Shown piece after piece: positions 24,810 to 36,800 of a DNA stretch of 64,000 nt. Made by a program: the position numbers and the translations under genes. Each line of letters starts with the position of its first letter. The first letter of the stretch is position 1. Below the pieces are notes generated by a model. The model did not search any database. It saw only the letters and a list, made by a program, of their open reading frames with translations, and was not told the DNA's origin. Source of the DNA: Eledone cirrhosa (taxonomy: Eukaryota); assembly GCA_964016885.1 (NCBI GenBank), contig OZ024740.1, forward strand, positions 369,954,001-370,018,000. The letters are read 5' to 3'.

Positions 24810-25915
24810 AGTTGCATTTATCTTACTTTATGTTCATACGAGTTATCACTAAGTCACAACCAGTGACCTCAAGAGACAACAAGGTCCGCCATGTTCAAGA
24901 AAATACATACATACACAAACATGCATCTTTAGGTGTTCAGACTTGTGATGTACTTATATTGACAGAATCTTCCTTAGTATATGGTTCCATTAGTACTATC
25001 TTTTGTATTTCTCCTATACGCGGGTTTCCTGGGATTTGAGATAAGTAATCATTAGACACCTTAGGTATCAATCCTAGAGCGCCTACAACCACTGGTATTG
25101 TTTTAGTTCTCAATTTCCACATTTTTCCAATTTCCATCTCCAGGTCCTTATACTTGCTCAATTTTTCAAATGTTTTTATAGATACATTCTTGTCTATTGG
25201 AACGGACATATCAATTAGCAGGCATAACCTCTTTTTAAAGTCCTTCAGTATTGTATCAGGTCTATTTGCATCTATTTTTCGGTCTCTTTGGATGCTAAAG
25301 TTTCACAAGATTGAGATGTGATCTTTTTCAAGTATGGGAGGTGGTTGATGCTCCCACCAATACTTTTGATGGGGCAGGTCAAAATGCTTACACATTATCC
25401 AATGTATGTATTGCGCAGCTCTGTCATGCCTGTTTAGGTATTCGGTTGGAGCTATAGGACTGAACATTGAAATCATATGATCAATGGTCTCTGGTTGTTT
25501 TTTTTACATACATGGCATAATGGGTTGCATCCATTTTTTATTATGCTGGCTTGGTAACATTATGTTGGCAGACACTGATCTTGTGCTGATATAATCAGTC
25601 CTTCAGTCTCCGATTTCAGTCCAGAGGATGCCAACCGCTGATGGGTTAAAGTTTTGTCAACATCAGGATTGTTATCTCTTTCTGGGTATTTTCCATACAG
25701 AGGCTTTTCTTGCCATTTTCTTAGCCAGTTTCTGTAGCAGTTCTTTCTTTGCAGTTACTTTTACCTGCTTTGCTTTTTCTGTGTTTTCCATTTCAGCAGT
25801 AAATGGGACTTCTGAAATGTGTAATCCATTACAGTATCTTTGTGCATCTTTAGTAATGGATATGATCTTTTGATGCTTTTGTGTTTCAAAACGAGTTTGA
25901 TCATCCAATCATGTG
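24810..25915 (-). mobile_element. R4/Dong-clade 3' remnant with 3' UTR and (TAA)n tail
   Basis: ETEGLIISAQDQCLPT, YLNRHDRAAQYIHW, ANRPD, IDMSVPID and KLSKYKDLEMEIGKMWK..TIPVVVGALG. Confidence 0.88.
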
Positions 25916-25916
25916 A

Positions 25917-25919
<3 letters not shown>

Positions 25920-25948
<29 letters not shown>
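25920..25948. repeat. (TTA)n microsatellite, 5' flank of Tx1 copy 3
   Basis: Perfect TTA repeats ending at the element's first base. Confidence 0.93.
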
Positions 25949-26163
25949 GAATGCTATGGTTGACGGAGGCTCGGCTCTGTAAGGTATTTTAAATGTTGAC
26001 CGCTATAACAATTGTAAATTGTTTAAAACTTTAACCAAATTGTAGGCAAAAACACCCTCCTCCTCGTGAGAGGGGTCTTTCTGCCCGTTATTTGGCCCTT
26101 CGGGGTTAAATAACCGCTTATTAGGGTTTTGTGCCCAATAATTATTTTAAACAAAAAAAAAAC

Positions 26164-28296
26164 ATGGCTAAGAAAAAGAATTTTCATAGGTCACTCCCAC
26201 TCATTCCGTCTTCTTCTTCCTCAATCGTCACTACAGCAGAGAGAAGATTGTCTCTCTCCCTCCCTTCTCTAAATGTGTCTCTCTCCCTCCCTTCTCTTTC
26301 GCAAGCGACGCCAAAAAAAAAAATCACGTGCAAAGCGTGCAAGATTTCTCCACGACGACGACGACGAAAAAGGTGTGCGGGAAATACGAAAACCCATTTC
26401 ATTCGTCTGACGTCAGGAATAATAGCAGTAGCAGCCGTAATAACAATAGCAGCAGCAACAGTCACAAGTAAAACAACAGTAACAGCCGCAACAGCATCAG
26501 CAGCAGCATAAACAACAACAGCATTAGCAGCAACAACAACAGCAGCAGCAGCAACAACAACAACAACAACCGCAGCAACAGCGGCGGCGGCAGTAGTCGT
26601 AGTACCCGCAACAAAAGTAACAGCAGCTCTGACGACAACAACAACAACAACAACAACAGCAGCAAAGAAAAACCAATCTCGTTTGCAGGTATCGCAAAGA
26701 ACCTGGAAACCATCCTCATAACAAATGAGAAATTAGAGGAAGCGAAGAAGATGGTGACAAAAACCGGACACCGAGCAATCTGCAAGGCAGCCGAAACATT
26801 TTTCGAAACCCAACAGCACTGTACGGTCACGTACCGCACAGGAAGCACAAAATCCTGTAGGGTTGAAAGAGCCACATAGGCTCAAATACAAAAAGCCTTA
26901 GGGTCTGTGTGGCAGCAGAAAACGCACATCACACGAGGCAAGAAATATGCCACCGTAGACGTGCTTTTTGCCACACCCCAGGAGGCAAAGGCTCAATCCT
27001 TAGTGACCCTAAGGAGCGAGCAAATGGTGTTGGTGCCCTCCTACTGCGGGCAAAAAATCGTGAGGGTCAAACTGACCCACGCCCCCCCCCCCCCCCGGGA
27101 TGGCCCCTTCTTGGCTGGCCGCGTCTGTCCTCGTCGGAATCGAGGACAAAACAACTCTACTGCAAGTACAGAAAAAAGTAAGAGAAGATTGGGTCGGCAC
27201 CTCCATTGAGATGTTAATCCAAACCAACCAGGAGTTCATCGAAGCGCTCCCGGATGTGATAGACTTCGATAACGGCACTCAACTGCCCATAAGTGTTGAG
27301 GGCAAACGCCCGAAATGCTTTCGCTGTGGATCGAAGACTCACCTCAGGGCCTTCTGCAACGAGAAAACCCTGAGAAAGGTGAAAACCCCCATCCTTCCGA
27401 AACCGGCTCCACGGCTATCAGCAACAGGACAAGCGTCAACCAGGAACGATAGGTCCGTGGCACCCATACCCATGCCACGGAAATCAAAAACAGCAGCAGC
27501 AGTGGAAGTATTAACAACAACAGTAATACCAAATGCAGCTGCAACAGAGATACCAGTGCAAACATCACCAACAACAACAAGTGAAAGAGTGGAGCTGGTG
27601 CCCCTCCCCGACCTCACAGAATAAGATATGGAGTGTGAGGTGGGAGAGGGATGGCAAAATGTCGTAAGAAGGCACAAACGCAGAAGCAGCGCATCGTCGC
27701 CTTCGAAAAGGGAGGAAAGAAATGAAAAAATGGTAAAGGCTACTGCAAAGAGACTCACAGCAGCAACATCACCAACACCATCACCACCCACACTAGCACC
27801 ACCATCACCACCGGCGACAACCCACCGCCTCCAACAACAACACCTTCAACACCACCATCACAAGCACCAACATCGCAAACACAACAACAAAACACACACA
27901 CCCAGCAACAACGACAAGAAAATAGCAGAACCACAGCCCACCCTCAGAAAAACAAATGCACGGCAATAAATACACACAACAAGAAACTAATGACTTACAT
28001 AATTGAACACAGACATTTCACAACACGACTACATAATACCAGCACCATTCAAAACGCCAACTAACATAAGACTGCTAAAAATAGCACAGAGACAATACAC
28101 AAACATTAAAATGAAATTCCCCAACGCGGTTGGTGATTTCAGAGACCTATGAGGAACTATCAACCGAAGAGTATATTCGGACATACTCATAGAAGATCCG
28201 ACGACCAGCCGAAGGGACGATTCAACGGTCCCTTCACCAGACGATCAATTGAAAAGGGATGGAAAAACTATCCCTCCTCTACGAAAAGTACGGTAA
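26164..28296 (+). pseudogene. Tx1 ORF1, frameshifted
   Basis: ISVEGKRPKCFRCGSKTHLRAFC (CCHC) is homologous to copy 1 ITVEGRLPSCYLCGTRGHLRAVC. It contains (CAA/CAG)n low-complexity tracts. The start codon is inferred. Confidence 0.82.
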
Positions 28297-28331
28297 GTGG
28301 TCTTTCCCATCTTTTCCACTCTATTTTAAAC

Positions 28332-31300
28332 ATGACCTCACTCAGAATAGGCAGCATAAATGCGCGTGGATTGGGGTCGTCATGGAAGCAGGGTCACCTG
28401 ATCAACGACCTCAGGTCACTAAACATAGATGTAGTGGCCATCAGTGAGACCAGAATCTCCGAAGCACGAGCCTTCGTACCGATCTTCGGCGGCTACGATG
28501 TGTACGCATCTCCCAGCCGTCTTGGATCGGGGGGAAGAGTTGCTGTGCTTTTTCTGAGAGGTTTGGATCTCGCCATACGGGCCATCTTCCTGGACCCAGA
28601 GGGTAAGTTGGTGGTGGTGGACGTGACCAGCGGAGACGAGCAAGCTTTCAGGCTAGTGGCCATCTATGCCCCGACAGGAGCAGGGCGGCCTGATTTCTTC
28701 CGGCGTCTGGAGACCTTTCTTGGAACGTCCCGCTCTTTAGTGTTAGTGGGCGACTGGAACGGGATCTTAGATGCATGCTGGGACTGTGTGGGATTAGCGG
28801 ATAGGAGTGGTGGGTGCAAGAGCCTTACCAGCCTGCTCAGGCGTTTTGAACTGTCTGACAGGTACCTATTGGATTTCCCGAATGTGCCAATGTGGACTTG
28901 GACAAATCGCATAGGGTCATCCAGATCATATCTAGATAGAGTATTTTGTAGGGAAATAGATAGGTCTAGCATAGGCTGTCCACAATTCAAAATAGTCAGC
29001 TACACGGACCACAAATTCGTGATCTGTGTGCTTGACTTAGATAGGCTTCATAGACGAGGACCCGGCTACTGGAAGCTAAACGCGTCCTTACCAGCGCGCA
29101 AGGCCTACAGAGATCGGATTAGCTAACTAGTTAAGCGGGCGTTGACGGGGCCATCGTCAACAACAAGTGGTGATTTGCTCTGAAAAGAGCGATTAGAATA
29201 GAATCGATTAGGTTTAGTAAGGCTTTAGCAATAGAGAAAAATAGAGCAGAGGGAGAACTAGTTAGAAAATTAGACGAGGCGCTTAGAAAAGGCATTGCGA
29301 CCGACGTGCAGCAGCGAAATTGGCCCTTGACCAATTCTTCAATGCAAAGTACGAAGGCTGCATTGTCAGAGTAAGGGTGCGTGCTCTCAGACACGAGGGG
29401 ACGAAAGCCGTTCAATGGGCCCGAGTGGCGGAGGCGCGTCGTGGCAACAAAGCCACGATCCGGTCTTTAGTGGACCACGACGAGCGCATGCTACTCTCTC
29501 CCGGGCAAATGTGTGAAGCTTTTCAGCGACACTTTGCTCAGCTATTCGGGGGCAGCGGTGGGCCGGGTCGAGGGATGGACTTTAGTGTCTACCTCGACGG
29601 ACTGCCGCGTCTCTCGGCTACTGAGGCGAAGTGTTGCGGAAAGCCGATAACAGCCGCTGAAGTAAGGGAGGCAATGACTGGCTGCACAAGGGGTAAATCG
29701 CCTGGTTTGGATGGTCTGCCCTATGAACTTTACGTACAGATGCCAGACTTGTTCGGAGGCCTCTTGGCGGACGTCTACTGCAACTGGCAACAGAACGGGA
29801 GAATTCCCAGTTCTGTGAGCCGAGGAGCGTTGGCACTGCTGAGAAAGGATCCGAACAAGGGGGGTAACATAGATAATTTCCCGCCCATAACTCTGCTAAA
29901 CACAGAGTTCAAGATTTTGGCCAAGGTGCTAGCAAAGAGGTTGGCGCTTGTCGTTGGTGGTCTGGTGGGAGAGGCGCAGACTTGCGCCATTCCCAACAGA
30001 TCCATCCACGACGACCTCCACCTCATGCGATACATCGTAGAGAGGGTAGCTAGGGAACCTGGCACGGGTGGGTCCTTGATCAATTTAGATCAGTCGAAAG
30101 CTTTCGATAGGGTCGACCATCGTTACCTAGCGGCAGTCCTGAGGGCGGCTGGCTTTGGGCCCGTCTTCAGAGGCTGGATCGCTGCCATGCACAGCGACAT
30201 CTGCTCTGTGGTGATAGTGAACGCTCACCTGTCGGAACCGTTCAACATCATGCGCTCGGTCCACCAAGGATGTCCCCTCTCGTCCCTCTTGTACGTATTG
30301 AATCTCGAGCCATTACTGCACAAACTGGAGAAGTTGAGGGGCGTCCCGCGCGAACTAGGATGCGAAAGGTCCGTGTCAGCATATGCGGACGATGTCACCG
30401 TAGTGGTGTCGAACGCCAAACACATCGAGGCGATCGGCACTACACTAAGAGAATACGAAGCGGTGACAGGAGCAATGATCAACCAGGAAAAGCCAGTGGG
30501 CCTGCAGCTCGGCACCTGGAGAGGCAGGTCCATGCCGTCCAACAGCGTCGTCGGACGCTGGACGGACGGACCGGTAAATTGCTAGGGGTCTGGTTCGGTC
30601 CGGACCTCCAGACGGACAAACACTGGGACGAGGTGACGAGCAGGGTGGCTTCTCTCACCCAGAAATGGGCGGAGAGGAAGCTATCCCTGAAAGGTCGAGG
30701 GGAGGTGGCTAACGCGTACATCGCGTCTGTCATCTGCTACCGCATGAACGTTGTACCTTGTCCTAAGCCTCGCCTGACTGCGCTGGAGCGTCTGCTCTTT
30801 CGCTTTTTGTGGAAGGGACGCGCTCCGATGGTCAGGCGGTCCATCTGTTGTCAACACCCGCTACGTGGAGGGCTGGGCATGCCGTGGCTGATGATGCGCA
30901 GGCACGCGCTCAGGCTACGACATCTCCACCTCTTCCTCGACGGTGATCAGGTGTGGTCGCCGTTTGCTAGACACGTATTTCCCCAGCCCGTTTCTTTGAC
31001 GGAGCTGCAATCCTGGGTCAAGCGAAGACCGCGCCTGGAGACTGGAATGTCTTCAGGCGCTCACAGCCCTCGACCAATCGGGCAATGTGATCGGTGGAAA
31101 CTCCACCTCGGCGTTCTATAGAGGATTAGTGGAGGGGAAGAGCGACGACGTACTTGGGGAAACTCTAGGCGTCGACGAAAATCAACTAGCCAATCTCTTC
31201 GGAAGAACTTTCGGGCCAGGGCCTATGGACAACTTCCAGAAATCTCTGGCCTGGCAGTGCTACCGAGGAGCCTTGCCAGTTCGGGATAACCTCTACAGGC

Positions 31301-31740
31301 AAGGAGGTGCCGTCAGCCGGGCATGTCCGAGATGCGCGCAGGGCGACGAAACCGTCCTGCTCGCAATCATCCAGTGTCCGAAAATTGCTGACTTGTGGGT
31401 TTATGTCGAACACCTGCTGTCGCGTGTAGGACGGATCCGGCTATCATCTGAGTCCATCGTGAGGATTGCCCCGCCCTCCTCCTTAAGCCGGGAAGGGCAG
31501 GCAGTTTTTATCTGTCTGGTGGCCATGGCGAAAGAGATAGTATGGTGGACACGTTTGAAAGGGCTGAAGACGAGCACTTACCTCTTCGGTGATGCTCTGA
31601 TTGACTTTTTTAAATTTCATTTGAAAAGGAAAATCAGAGTAGAGAGGGAAGTGCTCTCTTCCCAGCATTTTGTTGAATGATGGGTGGGAGAAGCAAGAAT
31701 GGCCCGAGTGAATAGGCCTACTCAGAGTATATATCTGTAA
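28332..31740 (+). pseudogene. Tx1 ORF2 (APE, RT, zinc finger) with a few frameshifts and stops
   Basis: SINARGLG, VGDWNGILD, SYLDR, YTDHK, GPGYWKLN, SPGLDGLPYE, LDQSKAFDRVDH, QGCPLS, AYADDVTV and CPRCAQGDETV. Confidence 0.95.
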
Positions 31741-31989
31741 ATTAAAGGTGGAAAACTGGGAGAGGGCACTTGCCTTGGTGGTCAGGGTCACTGTGGCCTT
31801 TTTCTGGGCTTTCTCCACAAATGTCCCTCCGAAGTCTCCCCCCTATTGGGGAATTTTTCATTGTTATTTTTTTGTTACATCCTCTGTTTTTGTTTTTTAC
31901 ACGCAGAAATGCCCATTCGTACCGTCCTGTATTGTCCTGCACTGTCCTTAATGTCTACTTTATGTAAACCCTTGTGGTTAATAAAGAAA

Positions 31990-31991
<2 letters not shown>

Positions 31992-32041
<50 letters not shown>

Positions 32042-32071
32042 AACACACACAAACACACGCGCGCACACACA

Positions 32072-32136
<65 letters not shown>
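31992..32136. repeat. (ATT)n tail followed by a (CA)n microsatellite
   Basis: Read directly from the sequence. Confidence 0.95.
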
Positions 32137-32145
<9 letters not shown>

Positions 32146-32726
32146 AATATATATATGTTTGTGTGTGTGTGTACGTGAAAAATAATGTTCAGATTTAACG
32201 GTGCTACGCAATTTTATAGTTTTTCCTTATATTATTTATTCCTTCAAATATTAAACAGTCACTTGATCTGTAAGTTGTATTTACACCTTCTCTCAAGTGA
32301 GATATGACAATTAAAAAATATCATAAATTGTATGTAAAAATAAAGTTACAATTGATATGATTAGCGTTGACATTGACATGTTAGGTAACCATTTTTTCAT
32401 AGGAAGAACATTTTCTAATAATAAAATTCTCTTTCCTTTTATTTAAATAAAATGTATATGGATATAAACAGGTTGACACTCTTCTTGGCAGTATATACTT
32501 CAATGATCATCTATTTTCAATCTCTCCATTAATTCAACAGTCTCTGAATTTATATAAGTCTATACATATTTGTCAATCATTTAGAGTTTTGTTTTGAATG
32601 AATATGTGATACTATAAATATGTGTATTAAATATGTATTTTCATAATGCCCCGTTTATAGAACAAGTAGAGCAAGAATATATAAAATATTCAGGCTGTCC
32701 ATAAATTAGTTTTACGGCTTGTAACG

Positions 32727-32790
<64 letters not shown>

Positions 32791-33855
32791 ACGAAAGGCA
32801 CCTATGCAATGGTAGTCGGGAGTGCCAACGTTCAAAAAGGAAGTCTAGGGGGTTTCCACCAATTATAGAAGGATCTCCTTTTGAAGCCTCCTAAGTGTCT
32901 CGCAAAGAGATTTAAGAAGATAGTCGAACAGTGGGTTTGCCCCGGATGCAGTAAAGCCAACCAAATAATAACATTGTGTCTGTGAGTGCGTGTGTATGTG
33001 TTTGTGTTATAAGATATCGTATGTTATAAGAAACCGCTTGATAACGAGCAGATGCCGAACAATTTTAGTAGCCATTCTAATCTTTTATGACATGTTATAC
33101 ATTTTTTTATTATCATTAGCGTAAGTAATAGTACTTTGCAAAATCCAAGGTAATCTTATTCACTTCTTGTTCAGAGATGGCTTTTCGCTTCACTTCGTAT
33201 CATATTCTGTCCAAATACAAATACACCAATTGACGCATCAATTTAAACTACTATAGCCGACTTACGTCGTTTGCTTTAATATTGCTAACTTTATGTCAAC
33301 GGCAATTAAAATTGTTGAAGCTACATTCAAAATTGACTACACCGTTTTTCTCACAAATTTTTAAACATAATTATTTCCTCTTTTTGTTTACTTATATCCA
33401 AGTTACACGTGGGATATAAGTTGACAATGTGTTTTGCTATTTTGCATGACTTTAAATCGCAAATCTCTGTTTTCTCTCGAATGGATCATTTTTCTCGACA
33501 TTGAAATCATTCTAGCTTATATTTAAATAAACTGGAATGTGAAAGTATATTGTCAATGCTATATGATCTTTTTTCTAGATGTGTGTCCGCGTTGTGTTGC
33601 AGCAAATTTTATCTTGATATTTGGTGACTAATTATGTAATATCTAAACAATAATAAAGTAAGGAACGCGGGACTGCGTCCAGAATACAGTGTTTCATCCC
33701 GTTTGTAAAATAAGTTGGATTACTTTGAATAAATAATGAATGAATATTACATAATGTATCTACTAAATTTCGTAACACATGATTAAACATATATTTAAAA
33801 TATTATTCAAGATTCACTTCTTTTGAAAGATTCAAATTTCAATACTTCCGGTATA

Positions 33856-36800
33856 TCTATACTATATATAGAGATAGAGAGAGTGAAAGAGCGATTTGGA
33901 TTTTTTTCAACACGTTGATGTGTGTGCGTGTATGTTGTTGTTATTTGATTTTATAAAATTGCTAGAGCGAGAAGAGAGAGATTGTATGTGTGAATATATA
34001 AAGTGGATGTGACAGATATATATATTTTTTTTTTTTTCTGCGTCCTATATTCTCTTTCTGTCATCTATGTAGAATATGTTATTTCTAGGGTGAAATCTTA
34101 GAAATAATTATATGTTAAAACAAAAAAATATATATAAATATATTTCCCACTCTGCTACCCTAAGTATTGAGTACTCTGGTGCGTTATGGTCCATCAGGTT
34201 CCTTACCACATTTCCTTTGTTTTATATATATATGTGGGAAATATATTTATATATATTTTTTTGTTTTAACATATATTTATTTCTAAGATTTCTAAGATTT
34301 CACCGTAGAAATAATATATATTCTACATAGATGACAGAGAGAGAATATGGGACGCAGAAAACATTTCACATCTAAATCCCAACGCATGGCAGCAGACACA
34401 CAACGACAAAAAGAGATGAGGGCAAATCAATTAAACAATAATCGCTCTACAACATCCCAACAAATTTCTACAAATGTAATTCGGTTAACACACCAACAAC
34501 AACTTGCAACAAATACACCAAACGTTCAGAGAGGAAGGAACAGGTCAATTGAAGGTCTGGCAAAGAATCCTACAGTTGAACCTTTCCAAGAGCAAACTTT
34601 TCTTTCCCTAATGTCACAACATAATGCAGGGAGTCTCTTTGCCTCTGTTTGTACGCACTGCAAAGGTTATTGCTGGCCACATGAACCCAAATCTCTGTGC
34701 TGCTTCCAGGGGAAAGTGAAACTCCCTCAACTTCCTCCTCCTCCACCAAATATACTGAAATATTTCGATGTCACTCAAGCAGGAAATTATTTTCTCCATA
34801 AGATACGTGCATATAACAATGTGCTTGCCTTAGCTTCAATTGGTTGCAAAGAGATTAAAGCACCAGGATTTAGTCCGACATTTAAGATCCAAGGTAAGAT
34901 TTGTCATATTATTGGATCACTACTTCCAAGTGATGCTTCACCCAAGTTTGCGCAGCTTAACTTCTATGATACAGATCATGAGCTTCAGAATCGCTTGCAT
35001 CAAGCTAATTTAGATGCTGCTGTCCTGCAGGACATGCAAGAAGGTTTGCACGACTGCAAAACCTATATAAGAAGCTTCAAGGCCGTCATTGAAATGCCAG
35101 TCGCTGAAAATGTGAATATTGTCCTACATGTCAAATTAAAACCCACTGATTTTCATTGTCGCACATATAATCTTCCCATGGCATCTCAGATTGCTGTTAT
35201 TCAACCTGATACATCATTAGGTCTTTTGGATGTCATCATTCATAAAAGAAATGGTGGTCTTCAGAGGATTCATCAGTTGCACCGTTCTTATGATCTTCTG
35301 CATTATGTGCTACTGTTTTCTTGGGGGAATGATGGGTTTCAGGTTGGTTTGAAAGGGACTGACAAAAACGACACACTCACACCCACTAATTCCTACTATC
35401 ATCGATTTCAGGTTAGGCAAGGTAACTGTAACATTATCATGAAGAGCAGATGGCCTATGCAGCAATATGCTGTAGACGCCCAGGCAAAAATAGAACATTT
35501 TCGCCTCAAATGGGCCCGCAACAATCAAACCATGATGCGAGATGAAAAGTATGTGGGTTTGTATGATGCTGTGGCTGAAGGATATTCAGTAAATGCAGGC
35601 CGGAAAATTGTCTTCCTCCTTCAATCTATGGTTCCCCTCGCTTCTACAGTTAGTGCTTTCAGAATTCAATGACTGTGGTTGGACACATGGGAAAGCCATC
35701 TTATTTCATCACGGTAACAACTAACCCTAACTGGGATGAAATAAAAAGACAGTTTGTATCCTGGTGAAGAACCTAGAGACCGTTCTGATATTTGTGCAAG
35801 AATCTTCAAGATTAAGTATGACAGACTCATGGATGACATACTGAATAGAAATGTCATAGGAAAGGTCGTGGCTCATTCTGCTACAATAGAGTGGCAGAAA
35901 CGAGACCTCACTGATGCTCATATTCTGCTGATAATGCCTGAAAATAGCAAGCCCAAAACTACTGATGCTATTGATCAGGTAGTGTACTGTGAGATTCCTG
36001 ATAGAGAGACCAATCCAATTCTTCATAAGATCATCACATCCTGCAACAGTCATGGCCCATGAGGACAAGTTAATATGATGTAACCAGCTAATATGTATGG
36101 AAGGGCTAGGTCAACAACGCCATTGCTCAAAAGGTTATCGCAAGGAGTTCTGACAAACCACATTTGTTGACAGAAATTCCTTTCCGGAGTATAGAAGAAG
36201 GGATAGACAGCATGGTGGTCACACCCATACAATCCAACTTAAAGGTCAAGAATTTACTGTTGATAATCGTTGGATTGTTCCATACCACCCTTTCCTCTCA
36301 TTGAGATATCAGTGCCACATCAATATAAATTTACATTACATCATGGAAAACCGCCAGTTGAAAGGTTGCCTTGCCATTTACCTGGGGAACAAAAGGTCGT
36401 GTATCAGCGAGGGCAGGAAGACAGTGTTGTTTCTAGGGGACAGCCAATGACTAAGTTGACGGAGTATTTTCAACTGAATATTAGAGACCCACTAGCACAA
36501 AACATATTGTATATTGATATTCCTAAATATTTCACTTGGACAATCAAAAAGTGGCAAAAAAGAAAAAAAGGACATCTGGATGGTGATCAACAATTTATCA
36601 GTCAATCTCTTGGACGCATTCTAATAGTATCGCTCAGTAGACATCAATGTGAATTATATTACCTCAGAATGATCCTATATCACAAGGCTGGGTCAACTTC
36701 ATACAAATATTTGAGGACAATTGAAGGAATTGAATTTCAGACATTCCAAGAAGCATGCAGGAAACTTGATCTGTTAGATGAAGATGGAGAAAAAGACAAA

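Larger units (their letters stand above)
25949..31991 (+). mobile_element. Tx1-clade non-LTR retrotransposon, copy 3; full-length, mildly decayed
   Basis: 5' UTR, ORF1, ORF2, 3' UTR and AATAAA at 31980-31985, with (ATT)n on both sides. Confidence 0.95.
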
